Notes under the pieces: generated by a model | Told to the model about the DNA's origin: nothing | What the model saw: the letters and a program-made list of their open reading frames with translations, nothing else | The model's database searches: none | Program-made: the position numbers and the translations under genes | From: Candidatus Latescibacterota bacterium | GTDB taxonomy: Bacteria > Latescibacterota > UBA2968 > UBA8231 | Length of the DNA stretch: 64,000 nucleotides | Direction: 5' to 3' | Assembly (NCBI GenBank): GCA_965248265.1 | Contig: CBDFJF010000002.1 | Coordinates: forward strand, 1,600,001-1,664,000 | Shown: positions 28,284-38,031 of the stretch, piece by piece | Numbering within the stretch: position 1 is the first letter of the stretch | Layout of the letters: every line of letters begins with the position of its first letter

Positions 28284-28895
28284 TTACCTGAATCCTCGCT
28301 TGACCTGCCCCCAGCTCTGATCTTCCACTGCGGTGGCCGTGGAAATGGTCAGGGCGGCGGCGTCGACGTCCCCACCACTATCGGCTTCGTCTGCATCCCC
28401 CCGTCTGCCGTGTGCAGGACGTGATGCTCTGATCTCTTCGAGCAATGCCAGCTGTTCCTCGCTGAGAATTCCCTCGAAGGCCGTGCGGCGATCGTCACGC
28501 AAGGCAATCTTGTCCGCCTTCATGGCCTCCCGCACTTGAGCCAGTGCTTCTTGTTGCTCGTCGGTGAGACCCAGCGCCTCTACCAGCGAGCCACGGGCGT
28601 GTCGCCGGGATCCGCTCTCGCGGATCTCTTCCAACGTCGCCACCTGCTCTTCGGTGAGGACCTCGCGGAAGGCTGCCCGATGGCTCTCCCGCAGCGCCTG
28701 ATTGGCCTCTCCGAAGGCCTCTCTTAGGCCCGCGAGCTCGGCCTGCTGGTCCTCCGTGAGTGCCAGGGCCAGTGACACACGTGCGCCTCCGTGCCCTCTA
28801 ATGCCGCGGCCATGGGCTGACAGACTGATCGCGGAAGCCGCAACCAAGCCCAGCATGACGATCGGGATTACACCCGGGATCACACGCCTATTCAT
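28284..28895 (-). CDS. Secreted Spy/CpxP-like LTxxQ-repeat protein with TAVE..SWG..K tail
   Basis: Signal peptide; four LTxxQ-type motifs; GGAGG RBS; C-terminus TAVEDQSWGQVKRGFR. Confidence 0.75.
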   Translation of the reverse strand: MNRRVIPGVIPIVMLGLVAASAISLSAHGRGIRGHGGARVSLALALTEDQQAELAGLREAFGEANQALRESHRAAFREVLTEEQVATLEEIRESGSRRHARGSLVEALGLTDEQQEALAQVREAMKADKIALRDDRRTAFEGILSEEQLALLEEIRASRPAHGRRGDADEADSGGDVDAAALTISTATAVEDQSWGQVKRGFR

Positions 28896-28988
28896 CGTTC
28901 ATTCCTCCACTTTAAGTGCCGGTCGAAACTGTTCATCTCCACCTCCCAAATGGGCTGCGGAGCGTTTCCTGCCCCGCGGTGTTGGAGA

Positions 28989-29017
28989 TTAGACAGTGAG
29001 ACATGGAGGGACGTTTA
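28989..29017 (-). promoter_or_regulatory. ECF-sigma-type promoter
   Basis: Minus strand TAAAC-N17-TGTCTAA upstream of the Spy-like gene. Confidence 0.45.
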
Positions 29018-29039
29018 ATGGAGTCGAAAAAAAGGCCGG

Positions 29040-29774
29040 TCAATCCAAGCGCAGCGTTCCGGACCATATCTCGCTGGTGCCAGCCTCATCGTCGAGGAGT
29101 AGCTGGCCATTGTCACCGAAGCCCGTGAGGATGCCGCTGCGGTCGCGGTTACCGTCGATGATCCTGACCTGACGACCCAATCCCACACAGCACTTCTCCC
29201 AGCTTGCCCGCATCCCCGCGAAACCGTGAGTCATCCACTCGTCGAGTCTGGGTGAGAGCGGCGACAGCAAAGTGGTCAGTACCTCTTCCGGCAACGGTGT
29301 TCGGCGGGTTTCGATGAAAAGCGAGGTCGCTGGTTGGTCGATCTGCGCCCCTGCCTCAGTTGTGGACATACCGATGTTCAAGCCGATGCCGACGACGATG
29401 GTCCGTGGACTGCCCTTCACCAACTCGGGAAGGATTCCTGCAATCTTACGACCGCTGACGACGACATCGTTGGGCCACTTGGTCTGTGCTTCAACTCCGA
29501 AACCATCCAGGCAGGCTACCACGCCAAGAGCTGCGGCCATCGACAGCGAACAGAGTTGCGCCGGATCTACCGGTGCGCGTAAGACGAACGACGTGCACAG
29601 GTCACGGCCGGGCTGAGAGGTCCATCGATGCTGACCGCGTCCGCGTCCGGCTGTCTGATCCGTCGTCGCCAGAACGTAACCGGAGGGCAGCTGTTCGCCG
29701 GCTGTCAAACGATCTATTAGGACCGAGTTCGTCGACGTGACGCTGTCGACCCATTGAGGAGGGGCGAATTCCAT
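29040..29774 (-). CDS. birA: Biotin--[acetyl-CoA carboxylase] ligase (no HTH)
   Basis: STN, QTAGRGR, KWPND, KIAGIL, GIGLN. Confidence 0.93.
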   Translation of the reverse strand: MEFAPPQWVDSVTSTNSVLIDRLTAGEQLPSGYVLATTDQTAGRGRGQHRWTSQPGRDLCTSFVLRAPVDPAQLCSLSMAAALGVVACLDGFGVEAQTKWPNDVVVSGRKIAGILPELVKGSPRTIVVGIGLNIGMSTTEAGAQIDQPATSLFIETRRTPLPEEVLTTLLSPLSPRLDEWMTHGFAGMRASWEKCCVGLGRQVRIIDGNRDRSGILTGFGDNGQLLLDDEAGTSEIWSGTLRLD

Positions 29775-29833
29775 GGTTGCGCGGACGTTACCAGTCAGGA
29801 TCGAAGTACTTGTCGAAGAACTCGATGCAGGCA

Positions 29834-30459
29834 TCAGATATGGCCGCCATCGCCGCGATATTCCGTGTAGTCCTCGTAGCCCTGCTCCAACTCAGCCATG
29901 ACCCACTCAGCATCGCTATCGGCCAACCAGCAGATGGTATCGATGGTATGAGTGCCGTTGCGGAACAGCATGGCTCGCGCTCCGCTGAAGCCGCCGGTAA
30001 TCGTAAGTACTTCGCCGATTTCCCCGGGCTCAATCACCTTTTCGGCTGCGTGGCGCCAGACGGGCATCCATCGCCTGGTGTGGTCGATGGAGAGGATGGC
30101 GCCGCCCTTATCAACGGCTTGGAGCATGCGATCGGCGTCGGCCAGGCTGGTGGCCAGCGGCTTTTCGCAGAAAATCCCTTTGGCGCCGGCTTCAGCCGCA
30201 GCCACCACTGAGTCAGCGTGCTGGTGATCGCCCGTGGCCACGGTGACGATATCCGGCTGCTCCACGGAGAGCATTTCGCGGTAATCCGTGTAGGTCCTCA
30301 CCTTCGGGAAGTTGCTATTGAATTGATCGGCGAATTCTGTCCCAGCTCTTCAGACAGATCGCAGCCGGCGACCAATTCGGCGGCATCGCCTGCTTCGACA
30401 ACACCCTGGGCATGACGAACGCCGATACCGCGACATCCTATGACTGCAACACGAAGCAT
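29834..30459 (-). pseudogene. Gfo/Idh/MocA oxidoreductase, frameshifted and 3'-truncated
   Basis: MLRVAVIGCRGIG start; 1-nt loss near 30342; CEKP motif in the shifted frame; stops at YRGDGGHI. Confidence 0.8.
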
Positions 30460-30568
30460 GATCTGAAGCCTCCATATTCCTGCTTTGACGATTCGCTCAC
30501 GACTATTCTGCGGGTAAACTACGAAAATGCCTACATTGGCAACCACCCATACTCTACTGGAGTAAGTA

Positions 30569-33427
30569 ATGAAGTTGAAAAAATCGTTTTTCTGGTTGGC
30601 GGCCATCTCGCTGATCGCCTGCGCGGGCAGTATGAAGACGACGAAGGACACCTCGACGTTGGAAGCCTCGTCCCTCGACGAACTGCTGCCAGTTGATTCG
30701 CTGGTAGTCACTGGGCAGCTGGACAATGGCTTTCGCTACCTCATTCGAGCCAACGAAAAACCGGAGAACCGGGCTGAGCTGCGCCTGGTTGTCAACTTCG
30801 GCTCAGTACTGGAGACCGAACAGGAGCAGGGGTTGGCCCATTTCGTCGAGCACATGGCTTTCAACGGTACCGAACACTTTGCCAAACAGGAACTGATCGA
30901 CTACCTCGAGGCCATCGGCATGCGCTTCGGTGCCGACCTGAATGCCTACACCGGTTTCGACGAGACCGTGTACATGTTGACCGTGCCGACGGACAGCACC
31001 CAGTTCATGGAGCAGGGCTTCCAGATCCTCGAGGACTGGGCCCATGGTGTGAGTTTCGATGCCGAGGAGATCGACCAGGAACGCGGTGTCGTCATCGAGG
31101 AATGGCGCCAGCGCAAGGGGGCCAATCAACGCATGTGGGAAAAGCAAGCGCCGATTCTTTTCAAGGACTCGCGCTACGCCGAGCGCATGCCGATCGGTAA
31201 AAAGGCCGTTCTTGATAGCTTCAACCATGACACCTTGCGCGGGCTGTACCAGAAATCGTACCGACCAGAGTTGATGGGTTTCGTCGCCGTCGGCGATTTT
31301 GACCCAGCATGGATCGAGAAGCTGGTTATCGAGCACTTTTCAAGCCTGGTGCCGACGGCCGATGCGCCGGAGCGGACCATCTATCCGGTCCCCGACCACG
31401 AGGAAACCCTGTTTGCTATCGCTACCGATCCCGAAGCAACCGGGAGCGCTGTCAATGTCATCTACAAGCTTCCCGTGCAGAACCAGGGTACTGTCGGAAC
31501 CTACCGACGATCGCTGATCGAAAGCATCTATCACAGCATGTTCAACAAAAGGCTCAACGAACTGCTGCAACAGGCTGAGCCACCGTTCCTCTACGGCTAC
31601 TCCAGTCAGGGCCAGTTCGTGCGCGCGAAGGGGTTCTTCATTCTCGGAGCAGGTGTTGCAGACAATGGGTTCGACAAAGGATTGGAGGCCCTGCTGACCG
31701 AGGCCTCGCGGGTGCGCCAGTTCGGTTTCACGCGAACGGAGCTGCGGCGGGAGAAGGTGGAGATGCTGCGCGGCATGGAGCAGGCTTATCGAGAGCGTGA
31801 CAAGAGCCGGTCCGGCGGGTTTGCCTCTGAATATGTACGGCACCTGCTCAAGGGGGAGCCGATCCCGGGTATACGGAAGGAGTTCGAACTCCATCAGCAC
31901 CTGTTGCCAGGTATCGAGCTGGAGGAGGTGAACAAGCTGGCCAGTGCCTGGGTTGGGGAGGAAAACCGCGTCATCATGGTCGATGCGCCGGAGAAGCCGG
32001 ACCTCGAGGTGCCCGGTGAGGAGGATCTGCTGGCCGTATTTGCCAGGGTCAAGGAGAAGGTGATTGAGCCGTACGAGGACGAGGTATCCGATGAGCCTTT
32101 GGTGGCGGACATACCGGAACCAGCAGAAATAGTCGAACGTGGCGAGATCCCCGAGCTCGCGGTGATAACCTGGACGCTCTCCAATGGCATCCGTGTCTTC
32201 CTGAAACCAACCGATTTCCAGAACGACCAGATCTTGTTCGAGGGTTACAGCCCTGGCGGCCATTCCCTCGTCAATGACGAAGACTACATCGCGGCGACGA
32301 CGGCGACGGCTGTGGTGGAGCAGGGTGGCGTCGCCGAGTTCTCCCTAATCGAGCTGCAGAAGAAACTGGCGGGCAAAGTGGTCAGTGTCTCGCCGTGGAT
32401 CGGCGGCTTACGCGAAGGGATCTCAGGCTCCGCCTCGCCGGAGGATCTGCAGACAATGTTCGAACTGGTGTACGCCTACATGACCACGCCGCGAGCTGAC
32501 CCGGAGGCTTTCCAGGCTCACCAAGCGAGGATGCGAGGATTCATCGAGAACCGGAGCGCCAGTCCAGAGGCGGTCTACGGGGATACGGTCAGCGTCACCA
32601 TGTCCCAGTACCACCACCGTGCACGCCCGTGGTCATTGGATCTGGTAGAAGAGATGGATCTGGAGAAGTCTATGGCGATCTATAGCGAGCGGTTCGCCGA
32701 CACCAGTGATTTCACCTTCGTCTTCGTCGGCAACTTTACGCTGGAGGGGATGGAGCCGTTGGTGCGCATCTACATCGGTGGGTTGCCTGCAGGAAACCGC
32801 AGTGAGACCTGGCGGGACGTGGGCATCGATGCCCCGCGCGGCATCGTCGAGAAAACAGTCCAGCGCGGCCTCGAACCCAAGAGTCGCTCAAGAATCTTCT
32901 TCAAGGGTCCCTTCGATTTTGATGGGTGGCGCAACGACTTCACCCTGGAAGCCATGGGCGACGTACTGCAGCTCAAGCTTCGCGAAGTACTGCGGGAAGA
33001 TCTCGGTGGCACGTATAGTGTTGGAGTGGGCGCCAGCGCGTCCCATTACCCTGAAGAGGAGTACAGCATTTCGCTCGGCTTCGGCTGCGATCCCGACCGG
33101 GTCGAAGAGCTCACGGGTATCATCTTCGAGCAGATTGACAGCCTGAAGACGGTTGGTACGACGGACTTCTATCTGGACAAGGTCAAGGAGATCGCCAAGC
33201 GCAATCGCGAGGTGGCCATGAAGGAGAACCGCTTCTGGTTGAACGGTCTGGGTTGGGTCGACTTCCACGGGCTAGATCCGGTGCGCTATCTGCACTACAG
33301 CGACATGGTCGACAGCCTGACGGTCGAGGCGGTCCAGGAAGCGGCACAGCAGTACTTCGACACGTCCAACTATGCACGGTTTGTCCTGCTGCCTGAGGTG
33401 GTTGAAGCCAGCAGCCTCAGTCGGTAA
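30569..33427 (+). CDS. M16 zinc protease (PqqL-like), probable lipoprotein
   Basis: LIAC lipobox; GLAHFVEH (HXXEH); NAYT.FDET.Y; LREDLGGTY. Confidence 0.93.
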   Translation: MKLKKSFFWLAAISLIACAGSMKTTKDTSTLEASSLDELLPVDSLVVTGQLDNGFRYLIRANEKPENRAELRLVVNFGSVLETEQEQGLAHFVEHMAFNGTEHFAKQELIDYLEAIGMRFGADLNAYTGFDETVYMLTVPTDSTQFMEQGFQILEDWAHGVSFDAEEIDQERGVVIEEWRQRKGANQRMWEKQAPILFKDSRYAERMPIGKKAVLDSFNHDTLRGLYQKSYRPELMGFVAVGDFDPAWIEKLVIEHFSSLVPTADAPERTIYPVPDHEETLFAIATDPEATGSAVNVIYKLPVQNQGTVGTYRRSLIESIYHSMFNKRLNELLQQAEPPFLYGYSSQGQFVRAKGFFILGAGVADNGFDKGLEALLTEASRVRQFGFTRTELRREKVEMLRGMEQAYRERDKSRSGGFASEYVRHLLKGEPIPGIRKEFELHQHLLPGIELEEVNKLASAWVGEENRVIMVDAPEKPDLEVPGEEDLLAVFARVKEKVIEPYEDEVSDEPLVADIPEPAEIVERGEIPELAVITWTLSNGIRVFLKPTDFQNDQILFEGYSPGGHSLVNDEDYIAATTATAVVEQGGVAEFSLIELQKKLAGKVVSVSPWIGGLREGISGSASPEDLQTMFELVYAYMTTPRADPEAFQAHQARMRGFIENRSASPEAVYGDTVSVTMSQYHHRARPWSLDLVEEMDLEKSMAIYSERFADTSDFTFVFVGNFTLEGMEPLVRIYIGGLPAGNRSETWRDVGIDAPRGIVEKTVQRGLEPKSRSRIFFKGPFDFDGWRNDFTLEAMGDVLQLKLREVLREDLGGTYSVGVGASASHYPEEEYSISLGFGCDPDRVEELTGIIFEQIDSLKTVGTTDFYLDKVKEIAKRNREVAMKENRFWLNGLGWVDFHGLDPVRYLHYSDMVDSLTVEAVQEAAQQYFDTSNYARFVLLPEVVEASSLSR

Positions 33428-33869
33428 TCTCGACGATGACCTCGACCTCAACCGTGATCCTGCCGGGCAGGGCGCCTAGGCCGACGGCCGAACGGGCGTG
33501 CCTGCCTTTGTCGCCGAAAACCTCAACGAACACGTCAGAACACCCGTTGATGACCTGCGGATGGTCGGTGAATTCGGGGTCGGAGTTGACCATGCCAAGG
33601 ACCTTGACGATGCGGGCGACGCGCTCGAGTGATCCGAGTTCCTGCTTCAGCACGGCGATCAACACCAGGCCGACGTACCGGGCGTGCTGGTAGGCATCCT
33701 CCGCAGAAACCTGCGACGACACCTTGCCGACGGCGTCGGGCTCTGGGCCCTTGCCGGACAGGTACAACAGGTTTCCGGTGCGTACGGCGTTCTCGTAGTT
33801 GCCACCCTTCTCAGGTACAGGGGGTAACTCGATGTTCAGCTCCTTAAGACGATCTTCTATAGTTTTCAT
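33417..33869 (-). CDS. RidA/YjgF family protein
   Basis: GNLLYLSG, HP.VINGCS, HARSAVG..ALP....VEVE. Confidence 0.9.
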   Translation of the reverse strand: MKTIEDRLKELNIELPPVPEKGGNYENAVRTGNLLYLSGKGPEPDAVGKVSSQVSAEDAYQHARYVGLVLIAVLKQELGSLERVARIVKVLGMVNSDPEFTDHPQVINGCSDVFVEVFGDKGRHARSAVGLGALPGRITVEVEVIVEITD

Positions 33870-33989
33870 GGGGGCGAAAATAGCGGGGTCAATTTGCGGC
33901 CGCAAGCACCGCTTGGATACGTTTGGGGCGGCTGCCTGCCCCGGGACGCAATCCTCACCAGCATGTTCTACGATCAAGGTCGCTATCGG

Positions 33990-34925
33990 ATGGCATACGA
34001 GTTTCAAATCAGCGAGTCCGCGCAGCGGGCGGTTCGCCGCATCGCCCACGAGCAGCTCGGACGCGTCATCACCAATCTGGCGCCAGCGTCAGCACATTCG
34101 GATGAGGCCATACACGAGGCGCGCAAAAGTCTGAAGCGTTTGCGCGCGCTGGTGCGACTGGTGCGCGGGGAGTTGGGAGAGGAAGTCTATCGCCGTCACA
34201 ACGAGTGCATGCGCGACGCGGCTCGCGAGCTGGCCGGGCTACGCGACGCGGCGGCATTGCGGGAGGCACTGGACGAACTGTTGCTATGGTTGGGCAGCCG
34301 GGCGCCCAGGAGCCGGTTCAAGCCGGTCGCGACCTGGCTGGCGTCGCGCCATGCCGATCACTTCGAGGAACGCAGCGCGCAGTTAGTCGAACTCACCTCC
34401 AAGATCCGTGGTCGGTTGCAAACCCTGGATGGGGAAGTGGATGATTGGTCCCAGCATCACGATGGTTGGAAGATCCTGTCAGCGGGTCTGAAACGCGTGT
34501 TTCTGCGAGGTCGCAACGAATACGAGCAAGTGCTTTGGCGTCCCACGGATGACGCCCTGCACCGCTGGCGCAAGCGCGTGAAGTACCTCAGGTACCACCA
34601 TCAGCTGCTGCGACCGATCTGGCCAGACATCATGGATGCGGCGATCGATCTAACGGACGAATTGGGTGAGTTGCTCGGCAAGGATCACGATCTGGCGATT
34701 CTGGCTGCCACCTGCGCTTCCGGATCCCCGCGTCCCGGTCACCCCTCGACGCTGCGTGCTCTGAGCGGACGCATCGTCGAGCGCCGTATGGAACTGCAGG
34801 CCAGATGCCGGGTTCTCGGACAACGTATCTACACCGAACGCCCGAAGGATTTCATTCGCCGCCTCCACGGATACTGGGAATCCTGGTCGGGGGAGCAGAT
34901 CCGTGCCTCAACCGGCCGCGGTTGA
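33990..34925 (+). CDS. CHAD domain (polyphosphate-binding) protein
   Basis: IHEARKSLKRLRA, LRD, LHRWRKRVKYLRY, LG..HDL. Confidence 0.88.
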   Translation: MAYEFQISESAQRAVRRIAHEQLGRVITNLAPASAHSDEAIHEARKSLKRLRALVRLVRGELGEEVYRRHNECMRDAARELAGLRDAAALREALDELLLWLGSRAPRSRFKPVATWLASRHADHFEERSAQLVELTSKIRGRLQTLDGEVDDWSQHHDGWKILSAGLKRVFLRGRNEYEQVLWRPTDDALHRWRKRVKYLRYHHQLLRPIWPDIMDAAIDLTDELGELLGKDHDLAILAATCASGSPRPGHPSTLRALSGRIVERRMELQARCRVLGQRIYTERPKDFIRRLHGYWESWSGEQIRASTGRG

Positions 34926-34939
34926 GGTTCCCGACCGGA

Positions 34940-36103
34940 TCAGGCCATACTCACCCAGGTGCTGTCCTTTTCGCAGGATTCCACGGCCGCGTAGATGAAT
35001 TGCATGCCGCGTAGCCCATCATGGACAGTCGGGAAGTCGTAGTCCTCAGTCTTGAGCGGTTTCCCATCGATATGAGCGCGGATGGCTTCGACAGCGCCGC
35101 AGTAAATCGTCGAGAAGGCCTCCAGGTAGCCTTCGGGATGACCGGGGGGTATGCGTGAGCCCGCCGCCGCGTGGTCCGCCAGATAACCTTGACCGCGCGA
35201 AAGCGTCTCGCGCGGCTTGCCGTAGCGGTAGACCTCGAGGTAGTTCGGGTCTTCCTGTCGCCACAGGATGGCACCTTCTGAGGCGTACACCCGCAGCTTG
35301 AAGCCGTTGTCCTCTCCAGTTGCCACCTGAGAGATGGTGAGTACGCCCTTGCCGCCCCCTTTGAAGCGCAACAGCGCGTTGACGTCCTCGTCGAGTTTGC
35401 GATCGGGCAGGAAGGTGCTCTTGTCTGCGCAGATCTCCGTGATCGGCGTGTCAGTGACATACTCCAGCAAGTTGACGCAGTGGGTACCGATATCACCGAG
35501 AGTGCCGCCGATGCCGGAGCGAGCCGGATCGACACGCCATTCCGCCTGCTTCTGCCCCAGTTTTTCGTGCGCTACCATCAGGAAGTCCTGCAGGTATTCG
35601 ACGATGACCTTGCGAACCGTGCCCAGTTCGCCCGATTGGAACAGATGGCGGGCCTGGCGGACCATTGGATGTCCTGTATAGTTGTGGGTCAGGGCGAATA
35701 CGAGTCCTGAATCCTCGACAATCTTGACCAGACTTTGAGCCTCTTCGAGGGTGTAGGTCACCGGTTTGTCGCAGATCACGTGAAAGCCGGCTTCGATGAA
35801 GGTCTTGCTGATCTCGAAGTGAGAGACATTGGGGGTGACGATGCTGACGCCGTCGATACGCTGATCCGCTGGCAGGGCAGCCTCGGCAGTGGCCATCTGC
35901 TGGTAGTCGTCATAGCAACGCGCCGGATCCAGGTAAAGTTGCTGGCCGGTCAGACGGGTGTTTTCAGGATCCTGGGAGAAGCAGCCGGCCACCAGTTCGA
36001 TCTGCTGATCCAGGGCTGCCGCAATGCGGTGAACGCCGCCGATGAAGGCGCCCTGGCCGCCGCCTACCATGCCCAGTCTGAGTTTGCGTTTCCACGAGTT
36101 CAT
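34940..36103 (-). CDS. Gfo/Idh/MocA oxidoreductase
   Basis: AAAAGGAG RBS; GMVGGGQGAFIG.VHR, CDKP, DIGTH, PPGHPEGYLEAF. Confidence 0.92.
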   Translation of the reverse strand: MNSWKRKLRLGMVGGGQGAFIGGVHRIAAALDQQIELVAGCFSQDPENTRLTGQQLYLDPARCYDDYQQMATAEAALPADQRIDGVSIVTPNVSHFEISKTFIEAGFHVICDKPVTYTLEEAQSLVKIVEDSGLVFALTHNYTGHPMVRQARHLFQSGELGTVRKVIVEYLQDFLMVAHEKLGQKQAEWRVDPARSGIGGTLGDIGTHCVNLLEYVTDTPITEICADKSTFLPDRKLDEDVNALLRFKGGGKGVLTISQVATGEDNGFKLRVYASEGAILWRQEDPNYLEVYRYGKPRETLSRGQGYLADHAAAGSRIPPGHPEGYLEAFSTIYCGAVEAIRAHIDGKPLKTEDYDFPTVHDGLRGMQFIYAAVESCEKDSTWVSMA

Positions 36104-36191
36104 GTTATGCACTCCTTTTCAGGTTCGGCTACTTCACCACTTGCGACGATAGGTCCACAATCGCCACTGCGCTCCGGGGGTGCGGCCATCT

Positions 36192-37814
36192 TCACAATCC
36201 CGCTGCGTGCCGGCCGACCTTCGGATCGCCGGCCGCGTGTACGGTACCATCCTCACCGACGTGCAGCATGACAGGAGTGGCGTTGGGCGAGCTGCTGACC
36301 TGCAGCGGATGGCCGCGCCGGGTGAGTTCGTCGCGGACCGACTGCGGCACCTTGTCATTGATGTCCAGGGCGCCGGCATTCTTGAAGGTCTGCGAGCGGT
36401 CGGGGTTCGGATCGAAGGAATGCTGATGGTGAAAGGTCGAATAGCGCGGTGCCGTTACGGCCTCTGCGGGTGTCATGCCGAATTCAACGACGTCCAGTAG
36501 CAGCTTGATAGCGCATTGGTCCTGCCGGTCGGCGCCGGCGACGCTGATGGCAATCACTGGCTTGCCGTCTTTCAAAACCAGGGTCGGTGTAAGTGTGATA
36601 CGCGGTCTCTTTCCGGGTTCAATACAATTGGGATGGCCGGGTGAGGTGTTGAGGCTGGTCAGGCGGTTGCCGTAGGTGACTCCCGTGCGGCCGCCATCCA
36701 TGTTCGCCGTGTTCACCGTATCGACGTTCGAACTCGGTGTGGCGCTGATGACGTTGCCCCAACGGTCGGCTACGACGCAGGTTGTCGTTCCTGGTCCTGC
36801 CGGCCTGAAGACGCCGTCGGCTTTTACCGGTTTCATCTCGTAGGGATCACCGGGACGGGCCTCAAGGGCGGCCGCTGTCATGTCGATGAGCGGCCGGCGC
36901 ATCTCGGTGTAGGCGTCGGAAAGCAGGATATCGAGCGGTACCTTCGTGAACTCGGGATCGGCGTAGTAGGCATCGCGATCGGCCATGCCCAGCTTTATGG
37001 CCTCGATCACGAGATGTATGGTATCAGCGGAATTGGCCCCCATGCTCTTGATATCGAACCCTTCCAGCAACCGCAACGACTGGCACATGAAAGGCCCCTG
37101 CGTCCAGGGTCCACACTTGCACACGGTGTACCCTCTGTAGTCGACGGTAACCGGATCCTCGATCGGCGTTGTGTGCGCGGCGAGGTCTGCCCGTCGCAAA
37201 AAACCACCGCGCTCGATCCAATCGGCCTCCAACTCTTCGGCTATGTCGTTGCAGCGTTGGCTGCGGCCGTAAAACCGGTCGCAGGCTGCCTGCATTTTCT
37301 GTTCGCGGCTACCCGAGGTCAGGCCCTCTTCTTCCACCATTCGACGCAAGGTCACGGCCAGTTTCGGGTGCCATGCCTCGTCACCGGCATCCAGCAGGGC
37401 GATGGTCGGCGCGATGATCTGTTCGAACGTCATGGTCCCATAGCGTTGCAACGTCGTCACGCACAGATCGACGACGGAGGGAACGGGGGCCATTTTGATG
37501 TCATTATCGGTGGGGATGCCGTTGGCCATGTACCAGTCAACGGCGTCCTGCGACAGAGGTGCTCTGCCCTGGCCGGAGAGAACCTTCACCTCCTGTTTCT
37601 GTGCGTCGTGGATGATCAGCGGCACCTCGCCACCGATCGAGCACAAAACGTGGTCGGTCACGTTTAATGCGAAAATGGTCGCTGCAGCGGCATCCGCGGC
37701 ATTGCCTCCCTGTTCCAACATGTCGATGCCGGCAGCAACTGCGCCGGCTTGACCCGCAGCAACAACACCCACCTTGCTACTGGCGCTCCAACCGATCTGG
37801 TCAACCTGAATCAT
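36192..37814 (-). CDS. Gamma-glutamyltransferase-family Ntn hydrolase
   Basis: GGNAADAA, GG.L...DLA, ADRDAYYADP, nucleophile TTT.VV.D..GN, PGKRPR.TL.P. Confidence 0.88.
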   Translation of the reverse strand: MIQVDQIGWSASSKVGVVAAGQAGAVAAGIDMLEQGGNAADAAAATIFALNVTDHVLCSIGGEVPLIIHDAQKQEVKVLSGQGRAPLSQDAVDWYMANGIPTDNDIKMAPVPSVVDLCVTTLQRYGTMTFEQIIAPTIALLDAGDEAWHPKLAVTLRRMVEEEGLTSGSREQKMQAACDRFYGRSQRCNDIAEELEADWIERGGFLRRADLAAHTTPIEDPVTVDYRGYTVCKCGPWTQGPFMCQSLRLLEGFDIKSMGANSADTIHLVIEAIKLGMADRDAYYADPEFTKVPLDILLSDAYTEMRRPLIDMTAAALEARPGDPYEMKPVKADGVFRPAGPGTTTCVVADRWGNVISATPSSNVDTVNTANMDGGRTGVTYGNRLTSLNTSPGHPNCIEPGKRPRITLTPTLVLKDGKPVIAISVAGADRQDQCAIKLLLDVVEFGMTPAEAVTAPRYSTFHHQHSFDPNPDRSQTFKNAGALDINDKVPQSVRDELTRRGHPLQVSSSPNATPVMLHVGEDGTVHAAGDPKVGRHAAGL

Positions 37815-38031
37815 GGATAATCCTATTCGCGTGGTGAGTCGGCGATGTCTACGACCGGAGTCGCCGAGTCGAGAACATACGGGGAAATGCGGCTATTTTC
37901 ACCTGTTCCGTGTACGGGATTCTGCTGCTGCCGCCAGGATCAAATGAGACCAACTTGACCGACTACCGAATAACATGTTTTATCCCCCGCTGATCCGGTA
38001 TGGAACGAAGGTATTCTATAGAAAGGTTCAC

